A stretch of 35,926 nt of DNA, from positions 1 to 35,926 of the IMG/VR virus record IMGVR_UViG_3300010052_000172. The stretch is one strand, 5' to 3'. The position numbers were made by a program, and so were the translations under genes. Origin of the DNA: a virus (lineage: Duplodnaviria > Caudoviricetes). The notes beneath the pieces were generated by a model, which saw only the letters and a program-made list of their open reading frames with translations, was not told the DNA's origin and made no database searches. Below, in pieces: positions 18,412 to 27,002 of this stretch (positions are counted from its first letter, which is position 1; every line of letters starts with the position of its first letter).

Positions 18412-20109
18412 CTATTTACCCAACATCATGAGGATTTCGACCGCCTTGGCCTGACGCTGCCCGATCCATTCTTCGACCGCTTCGGCAAGAGTGTCGGCCT
18501 TGGCCTTGCCGCTGAGTTCGATCAGTTGTTCTTGCCCCTGCTTGACCAACAGGTCAGCCAAGAGTTGAGGAACTCCATCCCGATTCGAGACCGCTGCGTA
18601 TGCGGTAACGCTGGGGTCCATGTGCTGGACCGAGAGGTTGGCCTGACCGCTGTAAAACTGCTCGACGTTTTGGAGAAACTTCTCTGGCTTCGCCGCATAC
18701 TTCCTGACGGTCTCGGCTTCCTTGCGGAGCATCCGCTCAAGGTTGTCTTGGAGACAGTACAACGAAGCGCAGACCGCTTGAGGGTTGGCTGAGAACGAAG
18801 CGTCCTGTGGTTTCTCCTCTGGCTTCTGCTCCAGCGTTGGACCGGGGAGCCGTGGGACTGGAGCTTGCTGGACCTGCTGCGGAGCCTGCTGTTGCTGGAG
18901 GTACGCTGAAGCCGGGACCATGTTGAGAGGATTGAGATAGACGTCCCCTTCCTCGCCGATGCCGTCCATGTTCTCCTTGCCTCTGACATCATTCACGCTG
19001 AGCCAACCCCACTGACGGCCGATGGCGTACGTGGCGTTTCTTGTTGCTGCGTCCCCTCTCATGAGTCCGTCGATCAGATGCTCAGAGAAGAACTCCCTGC
19101 GCTCGGCTTCCGTGTAAAGCTTCCGATTGACTTCGGCTTCAATCCTCCGGCAGAGAGGAGTGACCGACCCCACAACGAAGCTCGTCATCTGTTGCTCGGT
19201 GTTCGAGAACGTCCCTTGCGACAGGTCGTAGACGATTGCTGGTGGAACCCGAATCAGACGGCAGATTTCCTGTAGCTGGAAGAGTCTCGTGGACAAGAAC
19301 TGAGCGGCATCGGGAGCCACGCCGATTTGCTCAAGCGTCATGCCTTCCTCAAGGATCATGATTCGGTTGGCCCGGTCTGGCCCTCGATGTACATGCTCGA
19401 TCGACTCACGGAGATTGACCTTGGACTTGTCGTCCAGCTTCTCCGGATGCTTCAGGACGCTCTGACCGATCGAGCCGTTGCCGAACCATGTGGCTCCGAA
19501 GCGTTCCGCCGCCATGCCGAGACCGATGGCTTCTCGACCTTGCAGGAGCGGCGACGTTCCACGCAAACCGTTGCCACCGATCTTCACGTGGAACATCTTC
19601 CACGAGGGGATCGGAACCTTCGATCCTTCGACCTTGTAGATGGTCTCTCCGGACTTCGTCTTCTCGACAGACCGGACCTTGTTCGGTGGGATCAGATGCA
19701 GTCCGAGGAACTCCCCGCCTCCCGTGAACTCGATCTCTGAGAACCATTCTCCCCACGCTTCAAGATGGCTGATGCCGATCTCTCGGAAACTGAGGTAGTC
19801 CATCTCTCCATCGGGAGACTCATTGAGAGCGAGGTGGACTGGATGGTCCGAGACCTTGTCCTTTCCCCGTTGGAGTCGCTTGTATGTCGGGAGAGGGAGT
19901 GGAGCGACGTACTCACACTTGGCCCGGATGCAGGCATAAACGGAAACCAAGTTCTGAGCAGTAATCGGATTGACCGTCACGCCTGACGAGACGTTGCCAA
20001 TGTGGCGAATCTCGCTGAGATTGTGCGGTCCGCTCGGCTGAGTTGGGGCCGGTGGATTGCTGGAGTACGACTGCTGCCGCTGGTGATTTCTGCGTGATCT
20101 CTTGCTCAT
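18412..20109 (-). CDS. HK97-family portal protein with C-terminal extension
   Basis: VYACI, ILEEGM, DAAQFLSTR, FSNTEQQ, GWLSVNDVR. Confidence 0.95.
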   Translation of the reverse strand: MSKRSRRNHQRQQSYSSNPPAPTQPSGPHNLSEIRHIGNVSSGVTVNPITAQNLVSVYACIRAKCEYVAPLPLPTYKRLQRGKDKVSDHPVHLALNESPDGEMDYLSFREIGISHLEAWGEWFSEIEFTGGGEFLGLHLIPPNKVRSVEKTKSGETIYKVEGSKVPIPSWKMFHVKIGGNGLRGTSPLLQGREAIGLGMAAERFGATWFGNGSIGQSVLKHPEKLDDKSKVNLRESIEHVHRGPDRANRIMILEEGMTLEQIGVAPDAAQFLSTRLFQLQEICRLIRVPPAIVYDLSQGTFSNTEQQMTSFVVGSVTPLCRRIEAEVNRKLYTEAERREFFSEHLIDGLMRGDAATRNATYAIGRQWGWLSVNDVRGKENMDGIGEEGDVYLNPLNMVPASAYLQQQQAPQQVQQAPVPRLPGPTLEQKPEEKPQDASFSANPQAVCASLYCLQDNLERMLRKEAETVRKYAAKPEKFLQNVEQFYSGQANLSVQHMDPSVTAYAAVSNRDGVPQLLADLLVKQGQEQLIELSGKAKADTLAEAVEEWIGQRQAKAVEILMMLGK

Positions 20110-20145
20110 GCAGTAGTTAGGGGAGCCGCCTGCTTTTCCCCTGAC

Positions 20146-21768
20146 TCAGACCACCATGATTCCCCGGTCCCGGTAGACGCTTGGCTTCTCGACCTTGGAC
20201 GCCATCCACAGCGCAACACTCATGGCCGTGCTGACCACTCCGTCCACCTTCTCTTTCGATTTGCTCTTAGAGATCTTCACGTTGTCAGCGTCGTCCCGCC
20301 GAATCATCACGTTGCCCATCATCCATCTGAGGACGGGGTTGCCGCCGTGGCTGAGCTTCCCGTCGTAGACGAGCCGCTCCAACTCTTTGATCGGAGCCGT
20401 CATGCTCTGGTAGCCCTGCCCGAAGTAGCACAGATCGAAGCCGTCACCGTCCAACTCTTGGACCAACTGTGAAGCGTTCCACCGGTCCACGGCTAGCCGC
20501 TTGATCTTGTACTTGCCGCCAAGCTCATTGATGTCACGCCTAATCGTGGCGTATTCGATCGACTTGTCCCCGGCAACTTGGATGTGCTTCTGCTTGATCC
20601 ATGTGACATATGAGACTTTGTCCCGAGTCTGCCGCTGATCGGCCTGAGCCTCACAGACCCAGAAGAACGGCAGAACAATCAACTGGCCATTGTGCTCTCC
20701 CACCAGCGTCAGCGCAGTAACGTCTTCGGTGGATGCCATGTCCAACCCGCCGAACCATTCGATTGTCTTGAGTTCTTCAGCCGTGAGTTCAATGGAGCCC
20801 TTGCAGGTCATCCATTTGTCATCGGGAATCCAGCTTGCGAGAGCCTGACTCCACATGTTCAGACGGTATCGCTTGAATGTGTTCTGATCCGATGGCGTGG
20901 CCTGAGCTTTCTCGAACTCCCGGCGGAAGTCCTCAAGCTTGAGCGTCAGACCGAGAGAGGGATTGGCCTTTTTCCACGTCTCTTCCTTGGTCCAATCGTC
21001 ATCCTGCTCGGCGGCATAGATGGCGGGAAGGAAGCTCGTGTCCTCGACCACTCCATCCCTAACGTCCTTTGCGTAACACCACTGCCGCCAAGCAATGGAA
21101 TCCGGCTCGTAGACTCCGGCAGTCGAGATCGTGACGAACAACGGCTGATCCCGAGCGGCTCCCCCGTATCGCAGAGCGTTGAACAGATCAGGGTTCTTCT
21201 GACGGTGAAGCTCGTCGAAAAAGCATGCGTGAATATTCCATCCTTCGGCCGTCGCTGAATTGGACGAGAGGACTTCGTAGTAGGAGCCAGTGGCCGGAAA
21301 GACGATGCGGCTCGTCGATGGGACGCACTGAAGTTGCTCACTGAGAAACGGAGAAGACTTCATCATCTTCTCGGCTTCTTGATAGATGATCTTGCCGTGC
21401 TTGAGACTCGATGCGCACGAGTAGACTTCGGCCGATCGTTCTCCATCGGCTACGAGCGTCAGCAGCACGAGCCCGCTGCAAAGCGTGGACTTGCCGTTCT
21501 TCTTGGGGAGCCAGATGCTCGCCTCTCGAATCCGGCGAGTCCCGTCCTCCCGCTTCCAACCGAACATCTTGGAAACGATCTTGCGTTCCCATGGCAGAAG
21601 CTCGAACGGCTCGTCAGCCCATCGCCCTTTGCTGTGCCTGAGGCAGTCAGGGAAGAACTCGCAAGCGAAGTCTCCTGCGGCCTTGTCGTACCAACAGCCC
21701 TCCTTGACGGCGAGTTCGTCCAGCTTGTTCTCAATCCATCTATCAGCAACTTTTTTCCTACGTCCCAT
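20146..21768 (-). CDS. terL: Terminase large subunit
   Basis: Walker A PKKNGKS, Walker B FFDELH, ISTAG, KKANPSLG, GLDMA, KVDGVV. Confidence 0.96.
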   Translation of the reverse strand: MGRRKKVADRWIENKLDELAVKEGCWYDKAAGDFACEFFPDCLRHSKGRWADEPFELLPWERKIVSKMFGWKREDGTRRIREASIWLPKKNGKSTLCSGLVLLTLVADGERSAEVYSCASSLKHGKIIYQEAEKMMKSSPFLSEQLQCVPSTSRIVFPATGSYYEVLSSNSATAEGWNIHACFFDELHRQKNPDLFNALRYGGAARDQPLFVTISTAGVYEPDSIAWRQWCYAKDVRDGVVEDTSFLPAIYAAEQDDDWTKEETWKKANPSLGLTLKLEDFRREFEKAQATPSDQNTFKRYRLNMWSQALASWIPDDKWMTCKGSIELTAEELKTIEWFGGLDMASTEDVTALTLVGEHNGQLIVLPFFWVCEAQADQRQTRDKVSYVTWIKQKHIQVAGDKSIEYATIRRDINELGGKYKIKRLAVDRWNASQLVQELDGDGFDLCYFGQGYQSMTAPIKELERLVYDGKLSHGGNPVLRWMMGNVMIRRDDADNVKISKSKSKEKVDGVVSTAMSVALWMASKVEKPSVYRDRGIMVV

Positions 21769-21787
21769 GCAGGTAGGTAGGAGCCGC

Positions 21788-22264
21788 TCACGCCTTTCTG
21801 TGGACGTACTTGTTCATCAGTGCCGAGTGAGCCCCTGATTGTTGAGACGGGATGGCCATTCGAGAGCGAGCGGCAGGGGTCAGACCGAACTCAATTAGCC
21901 ACTTCCGGCACTGCTCTGCGGCCTGATTCATGGCGGTTTGGTAGCCAGTCAGAACAGGAAAGCCTGAGTCCTTCCCTTCCATGATGCCGAGCCCTTGGTC
22001 AACCAGAGCTTCCGCCTTTCGGTAGCGACTGTAGGCCGCTGCGTAGAGTTCGAGTGACCGAGCGTCGGCGTTCGAGAGCATCCCCATGAGATCAAGCTGC
22101 GCCGTGATGAAGTGCCACTCAGCTTTTGCAACGTCGCTCAGATGTTCGGGACACGTTGGCTTTTCCTTCGGCGGGACTGGCTCAGCCCTGTGTCTACGAC
22201 GCTTGCCGGGATCTCCCTTCAGATCGTTGATCGCCTTCGGTTTGGGAATTCGTCCTCGTGCCAT
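21788..22264 (-). CDS. terS: Terminase small subunit (P27 family)
   Basis: GRIPKP..KGDPGKR, PEHLS..AKAEW, EFGLTPAARSR. Confidence 0.93.
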   Translation of the reverse strand: MARGRIPKPKAINDLKGDPGKRRRHRAEPVPPKEKPTCPEHLSDVAKAEWHFITAQLDLMGMLSNADARSLELYAAAYSRYRKAEALVDQGLGIMEGKDSGFPVLTGYQTAMNQAAEQCRKWLIEFGLTPAARSRMAIPSQQSGAHSALMNKYVHRKA

Positions 22265-22324
22265 ACCCTATGTACGAGGCGATGCAGCAAATTCGAAGGC
22301 GATGGCGGGGAGCGAGCGGGAACC

Positions 22325-23521
22325 ATGAAGGCCGAGATGAAGCAGCACATCGTCGAACACCTCATCTCGCTGGTCCCGCAATGGTACATCGCAGACTACG
22401 GGACCAGCCCAAATGAGATTGAGGTGAACGGACACAAGCAGAAGTTCTACTCAAGCCGCACGCTGACGCCAGCCCTGCGCAAACTTCTCGAAACGATCAA
22501 TCTGAATATAGATTCGCTGATCGAGAATCCTCTGATTGGGCAGCCCCTGTTCGTCCAAGTTCTCCAAGAGCACTTTGCAATCGAGTGGCTCAAAAGCATG
22601 GCAACTGGGGTGAATTGGGCGAGCGCCGTGAATTACTTGAACAAGGTCGCCGGACGAACAAACGAGAACAATCAGGTCAGTCTGAACTTGGTAATCTCGC
22701 CCGGAGAAGCAGAAGAGCACATCGGGAACGACTGTTGGCAGAAGCTCGTCGATCAGTTGGCATCTTCACCTTTTTCCTACATTCGAGTGAATAAGAGAAT
22801 TCACTTCATGGGATATGAGGAGGTTCGCTGGGACGAGATAACAGAGTCCACAAGCTACCGGTTCTACCCTTCATTCTTGCACCCGATCCACTGCATCCTC
22901 AAGGACGGAGAATACTCTGCCCACGTGACGAGCAATGGCGACATAGTCATCATGGATCGAAGCGGCTTGCTCGCCTCCAAGAGGAAAGGACGATGGAAGC
23001 TGTACGACATGCCTACGTTCAAGAACTGCATTGTTGGCTATGTCAAAGACTATTGGACGGGTGCAAATCTTTTTGAATTGTGCTTCGATCTCAGCTTCAG
23101 GAGACATGGTGCGCTGCTCGTGTTCGACCCAGCACACAAGGTTCTCGCCCAAGTCTCAAATCCGCATTGCCGGTTAGATACGACAGAAGCGAAGTCGGGG
23201 CAACGGCTGATTGCGCCAGCACTCCGGAACATCAGTCTCAGCAGCGAGGGAGCAACGAAAGACAAGCGGCGGTTGCTCGCCGAAATCGCCAGCGTGGACG
23301 GTGCCGTCATCTTTGACACCAAAGGGGTTCTCGCATTTGGTGCGGTCATCAATCCCCACGAAAGTGTCGGCAGTCACATCGGTGCCCGAACTACCGCAGC
23401 CTTGTCTGCGTATCGGCATGGCGGTGTACCACTCAAGATTAGTTCTGATGGAGAGGTGACCGTCTATTTTGAAAGCTCGGATGGAACGAACACGTGCGAC
23501 GCTCAACTTGATTTCCACTGA
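22325..23521 (+). CDS. DisA_N (diadenylate-cyclase-like) domain protein with an uncharacterised N-terminal region
   Basis: 398 aa from ATG 22325; C-terminal RHGALLV...IASVDGAVIFD...FGAVI...GARTTAA...KISSDGEVTVY. Confidence 0.8.
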   Translation: MKAEMKQHIVEHLISLVPQWYIADYGTSPNEIEVNGHKQKFYSSRTLTPALRKLLETINLNIDSLIENPLIGQPLFVQVLQEHFAIEWLKSMATGVNWASAVNYLNKVAGRTNENNQVSLNLVISPGEAEEHIGNDCWQKLVDQLASSPFSYIRVNKRIHFMGYEEVRWDEITESTSYRFYPSFLHPIHCILKDGEYSAHVTSNGDIVIMDRSGLLASKRKGRWKLYDMPTFKNCIVGYVKDYWTGANLFELCFDLSFRRHGALLVFDPAHKVLAQVSNPHCRLDTTEAKSGQRLIAPALRNISLSSEGATKDKRRLLAEIASVDGAVIFDTKGVLAFGAVINPHESVGSHIGARTTAALSAYRHGGVPLKISSDGEVTVYFESSDGTNTCDAQLDFH

Positions 23522-23620
23522 CCCCCTCGGCCCTCAATTCTGCACGAAAACGTGTGCGCCCCTTGGGCGTATCAGGAATCTTCTCCGTTTAGAGATCCAA
23601 CGCCCCCTAGGGGGGCGGCC
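23522..23620. other. Candidate cos/packaging-initiation region
   Basis: Longest non-coding gap between HNH and terS; dyads CGCCC-ctt-GGGCG (23557-23569) and CGCCCCC-tag-GGGGGCG (23601-23617). Confidence 0.45.
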
Positions 23621-23666
23621 GATGGCCGCTGACCGACCACAGACTCCGAGAGACCAAGGCGATTCT

Positions 23667-24884
23667 ATGAACTATGAAGCAGAAAAGTACGTCTGTACTC
23701 GATGCATTCGAGACCCCTGCGTTGCAGAGTTCATCGAAGAACACAATGCGAGCGAGAAGTGTTCATATTGCCGCAGTAGGGAGCGAGCCACCTACGAACT
23801 CAGTGAAGTCTGCGGCTTCATCGAAGATCGAGTTCTCACCTTCTACACGACAGACCCGAGTGAAGAGGGACCGCTCGACAAAGAAACAGGTGAGTTTTGG
23901 GGAGTTGAGGAAGACTACATTGAGAACATTCTAGGCGAGATGGAACTCAAGCTTCGCAGCAAGAGGCTAATGAGTGACATCGTAGAGTCCATTGGAAACA
24001 CCGAGTATTACTCGAAAGGAAGCATCTCCGGAACACCTAGCCAGCGAGCCGCTGACGCATGGGAAAAGTTCTGCAACAAGGTCAAGCATAGCCGCCGGTT
24101 CACGTTCTGGACCGATTCAGAGTTCGAGATCGGGATAGACATCAATCCCTCAGAGATGCTGAAGGAGATCACGCAGCGAGGAGAAGCCGAAGGTCTTGGC
24201 CAGATCTACCCGGCAGGGACGAAGTGGTGGAAAGTCCGCATACACCGGGAAGACGAGCCTCTTGAGGCTCGACCTGAGGAGTTCACTACAGTGAAGACGG
24301 AGGGAGCGTGGGCAGCGAATCGAATGAGCCCGGCAGGCGTTCCGATGTTCTACGGTGCCGAGAAGTTCGAGACCGCCTGCCTCGAAGTCGTGAACCTGGC
24401 AGATCGAACCTTGTCAAAGAAGTTCGTCACTGGTGCCATTGTCCGAACGCTGAGACCGATGGCGTTTCTGGACCTGACGAAAGCCCCAACTCCCCGAAGC
24501 GAATTCGAGCCTTGGGATGAAGAGCGATGGCATGATGTTGCGTTCCTTCGTCACTTCGTGACCGACCTGTCCAAGCCGGTCATCAAGGATGACAAGGCTC
24601 ACATTGAGTATGTACCAACTCAGGCGTTCACCGAGTATGTGCGGTACGAGATGCAGCAGCCCAACGGACCGATGGACGGTATCGTCTTCCCAAGCTCAAA
24701 GGATGGCTCGCCCTGCGCCGTCATATTCGCCACAAGGGAACAGTGCCTTCCATTGGAAAGACACTTCGGTGAGCAACTCCTCGAAGTTGACGTCCAGACG
24801 ATTCGGTCGGTTCCTGCGACCGAAGTGCGGACGTACAGGAAAGAAGCGACGAGACGGATGAGGGCTCGCAAGCGTCGTCGCTAA
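23667..24884 (+). CDS. RES-domain protein with N-terminal Zn-binding HEPN/RES-associated domain
   Basis: 405 aa; CTRC/CSYC; KVR, NRMSPAGVPMFYGA..TACLE, EYVPTQ, DGIVFPSS. Confidence 0.88.
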   Translation: MNYEAEKYVCTRCIRDPCVAEFIEEHNASEKCSYCRSRERATYELSEVCGFIEDRVLTFYTTDPSEEGPLDKETGEFWGVEEDYIENILGEMELKLRSKRLMSDIVESIGNTEYYSKGSISGTPSQRAADAWEKFCNKVKHSRRFTFWTDSEFEIGIDINPSEMLKEITQRGEAEGLGQIYPAGTKWWKVRIHREDEPLEARPEEFTTVKTEGAWAANRMSPAGVPMFYGAEKFETACLEVVNLADRTLSKKFVTGAIVRTLRPMAFLDLTKAPTPRSEFEPWDEERWHDVAFLRHFVTDLSKPVIKDDKAHIEYVPTQAFTEYVRYEMQQPNGPMDGIVFPSSKDGSPCAVIFATREQCLPLERHFGEQLLEVDVQTIRSVPATEVRTYRKEATRRMRARKRRR

Positions 24885-25210
24885 GCTGTCGGCTTGGGCT
24901 TGGCCAACTGATTGGCCCTCGTGACCCTTGCATGACATGACTTGGTCATGCTCTTCAGGTTCTCCAGTACGAACGCCAAGTCAGGTCTCTCAATTCGATC
25001 GATGACGTGGTGGACCTCAGTCGCCAATTGGAGACAGGGTCGATTCCGTGTTCCGTCTTGGCACTGACAGGTTGGCGAGCGGCGCAGCTTGATGGCTCGC
25101 AGTGCCCTCCAACGTGGCGAGGAGTAGAAAGCTTTCGCTTCCTTCCTCTCGTCAGTGGTCTCAATCGTCGGACGTCTGGGGTCTCGGAACGTGGGGATCT
25201 TGTTCGGCAT
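24881..25210 (-). CDS. HNH endonuclease (HK97 gp74-like terminase cofactor)
   Basis: 109 aa; FYSSPRWRALR, ATEVHH, ENL...CHARVT. Confidence 0.88.
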   Translation of the reverse strand: MPNKIPTFRDPRRPTIETTDERKEAKAFYSSPRWRALRAIKLRRSPTCQCQDGTRNRPCLQLATEVHHVIDRIERPDLAFVLENLKSMTKSCHARVTRANQLAKPKPTA

Positions 25211-25397
25211 GCAGGTATGTAGGAGCAACCGCCTCAGTCTCCGCCAGCATCTCGATGATCTCCGCCGGAACTTTTCGCTGTCCTGCCGCCGTTGTGACGA
25301 CCGGCATCAAGCCCACGTCGATCCATGTCCGGATCGTGGCCAGCGTTTCGCCAAGCCGTCTCGCAGCCTCACCGAGTCGCAGTGTCTTCTGTTTCAT
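25161..25397 (-). CDS. Excisionase/MerR-like HTH protein
   Basis: LRLGEAARRLG..TIRTWID.G...TAAGQRK; SD GAGGAG. Confidence 0.75.
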   Translation of the reverse strand: MKQKTLRLGEAARRLGETLATIRTWIDVGLMPVVTTAAGQRKVPAEIIEMLAETEAVAPTYLHAEQDPHVPRPQTSDD

Positions 25398-25623
25398 AGT
25401 CAAGATCTCCTCTTGAGTGCTTGTCATTCTTCCCCTGATAGATCTCCTCTATCGCCCGCAGTTGGCAGGCATCCACAAGGCCCCGTGCGATTCCGAACGC
25501 CAAGCAGCCGATTGCCACGAGCGTCCACAGAGCCCTTTCGTTTCCGTCCTTCGCCATCCCGTAGAGCAACGGCAGCCCGATCACTACCACGAGCCCGCCG
25601 ACCAACAACGCCGTCTCGATCAT
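25369..25623 (-). CDS. Small two-TM membrane protein
   Basis: 84 aa; two hydrophobic segments and a charged C-terminus. Confidence 0.6.
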   Translation of the reverse strand: MIETALLVGGLVVVIGLPLLYGMAKDGNERALWTLVAIGCLAFGIARGLVDACQLRAIEEIYQGKNDKHSRGDLDYETEDTATR

Positions 25624-25687
25624 TGCGCCTCACGTGAAAAAATGTGCCGGTCTGTTCCCGACTGCCAAGCCCCTCGAACCGTCGAGT

Positions 25688-25757
25688 CAAGGCGGGAGTT
25701 GAACCCACTTCCCCTTCCAAACCTCGGCTAGCGATCCGGAGTCGAACCGGAATTGCT
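25688..25757 (-). other. Two tRNA T-arm-like hairpins (no complete tRNA)
   Basis: TCCGG-TTCGACT-CCGGA (25735-25751) and GTGGG-TTCAACT-CCCGC (25692-25708). Confidence 0.55.
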
Positions 25758-25765
25758 TCACTGTC

Positions 25766-25945
25766 TCAACTTGATGTGCTCAGGCGATCCCGAAAGGCAA
25801 TTATCTCGCTCTCTCTGAATCGACGGTGATTTCCTACCGTCCTGATGGCAGTCAGATGTCCCTTCCGAGACCACTGCCGGACCGAGTCGACGGTGACGCC
25901 GAGTAGCTCTGCCGCTTGCCCGATTCGTAAAAGTTTGTCGTTCAT
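25766..25945 (-). CDS. Excisionase/BldC-like HTH protein (59 aa, absent from the ORF track)
   Basis: Manual translation MNDKLLRIGQAAELLGVTVDSVRQWSRKGHLTAIRTVGNHRRFRESEI...; ATGA overlap with the upstream gene. Confidence 0.82.
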   Translation of the reverse strand: MNDKLLRIGQAAELLGVTVDSVRQWSRKGHLTAIRTVGNHRRFRESEIIAFRDRLSTSS

Positions 25946-26412
25946 CCAATCCCCTTCGGCCTTCCCGGCTTTCTGAACGGCACCACGAGCCCTGCGTCTT
26001 TCATCTTCTTGGCGATCGCCTTCACCGCACTGGCGTGGACGCCGTGGTCTCGTGCGATTTCGTGGTACGGCTTCAGCGTATTCATCAACGAGAATGCAAT
26101 GGCGAACAGAGCCTCTTGGGTCAGTGCTCGGCTCTTGTAAATTCCCATGCTGACACGGAGCCTCTGGACCATGGCGGGACAGTATCCGGTCCGGTCCTCG
26201 ACCTCTGAGTCAGACAGTCCTTCAAGGATCAGAGCCTTAGCTTGTTGCCGCCTCGTGGTTCGTTTCAGATTCGGTCCCTTGTCCCGGACCTGACCTTCCG
26301 CAAGCTTGGTCCGATCGAAGTTCTCTTTAGCCTGCGCCACTGCCCGCTGCTCGATCAGTTCGGCGGCATATCGTGTGATCTCGTCGAGGAGATCCGGTGG
26401 TAGTTGGTTCAT
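25942..26412 (-). CDS. Double-HTH DNA-binding protein, candidate late regulator
   Basis: GLSDSEVEDRTG..PAMVQRLR and PYHEIARDHGVHASAVKAI; C-terminal KPGRPK. Confidence 0.65.
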   Translation of the reverse strand: MNQLPPDLLDEITRYAAELIEQRAVAQAKENFDRTKLAEGQVRDKGPNLKRTTRRQQAKALILEGLSDSEVEDRTGYCPAMVQRLRVSMGIYKSRALTQEALFAIAFSLMNTLKPYHEIARDHGVHASAVKAIAKKMKDAGLVVPFRKPGRPKGIG

Positions 26413-26624
26413 TCGGTCCCCAGCACTTGCGCAAAGATGCCCTCGATCAATGTTGCGTCCACGCCAGCGTTGACCAGATCTGCCTTCGCCATAGAGAACA
26501 GTTCATCCACAATCATCGTCGTAACCTGATCGAATTCGTCGTTGTAAACGAAGAACTCCGCTTCGCCACGAATCCATATCAGGTTGTTGTTCTCGTCCCG
26601 TCGAAACGTCAGTTTCTCTCGCAT
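26409..26624 (-). CDS. Hypothetical protein
   Basis: 71 aa; overlaps neighbours in a coupled run. Confidence 0.55.
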   Translation of the reverse strand: MREKLTFRRDENNNLIWIRGEAEFFVYNDEFDQVTTMIVDELFSMAKADLVNAGVDATLIEGIFAQVLGTE

Positions 26625-26803
26625 CCATCCCCCATCAGTTCCTTCGTTGCCTTGAGTGTGAAGTTGCCGAAATCCAGAACGGCCAACGTGGCATTCCCGA
26701 TCGACTCCTCACCACGGCGGCAACGCTGGAGGGTCTGCTCCACTCTCTCCTTGAGCCGGTGATACTGCTCGATCAGAGCGACTCTCTTCTGGTCACTCGT
26801 CAT
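26609..26803 (-). CDS. Hypothetical protein
   Basis: 64 aa; part of the coupled run. Confidence 0.5.
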   Translation of the reverse strand: MTSDQKRVALIEQYHRLKERVEQTLQRCRRGEESIGNATLAVLDFGNFTLKATKELMGDGCERN

Positions 26804-27002
26804 CGCCCAACACCTCTCCGTTGGCCATGCGTCGGTTGATATCCCAACGCAATCCGTTCATGGCTTTGACTTCCTCGATCAGCGTCAGCGTGTCGCTGAC
26901 GAACAGCCCGGCGTCAGGCGAGTAACCCACAATCGGCGAAACGATTGCTCGCTTCTCAAGCTCGTCAAAAATTTCTCTGACCGTTGCCAGTTCAAGTTCC
27001 AT
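26793..27002 (-). CDS. Hypothetical protein, paralog of 27291-27503
   Basis: 69 aa MELELATVREIFDELEKRA; SD GGAGG. Confidence 0.65.
   Translation of the reverse strand: MELELATVREIFDELEKRAIVSPIVGYSPDAGLFVSDTLTLIEEVKAMNGLRWDINRRMANGEVLGDDE

Noticed and set aside
18405-18419. GTAAATA before the protease as a motif instance
   Set aside because: Spacing is 1 or 7 nt to the two ATGs and it overlaps the portal stop; not counted among the 13.
22112-22324. N-terminal extension of the DAC ORF (and similar track extensions at 23469, 2165, 5940, 7556, 16284, 29544)
   Set aside because: These overlap neighbouring genes or regulatory elements; internal ATGs fit better.
25630-25800. Complete tRNA gene or tRNA-derived att site
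   Set aside because: No anticodon arm or cloverleaf could be built; the site is internal and I saw no second copy.
25758-25949. 63-aa ORF from the track
   Set aside because: An overlapping frame (25766-25945) encodes a clear HTH protein.
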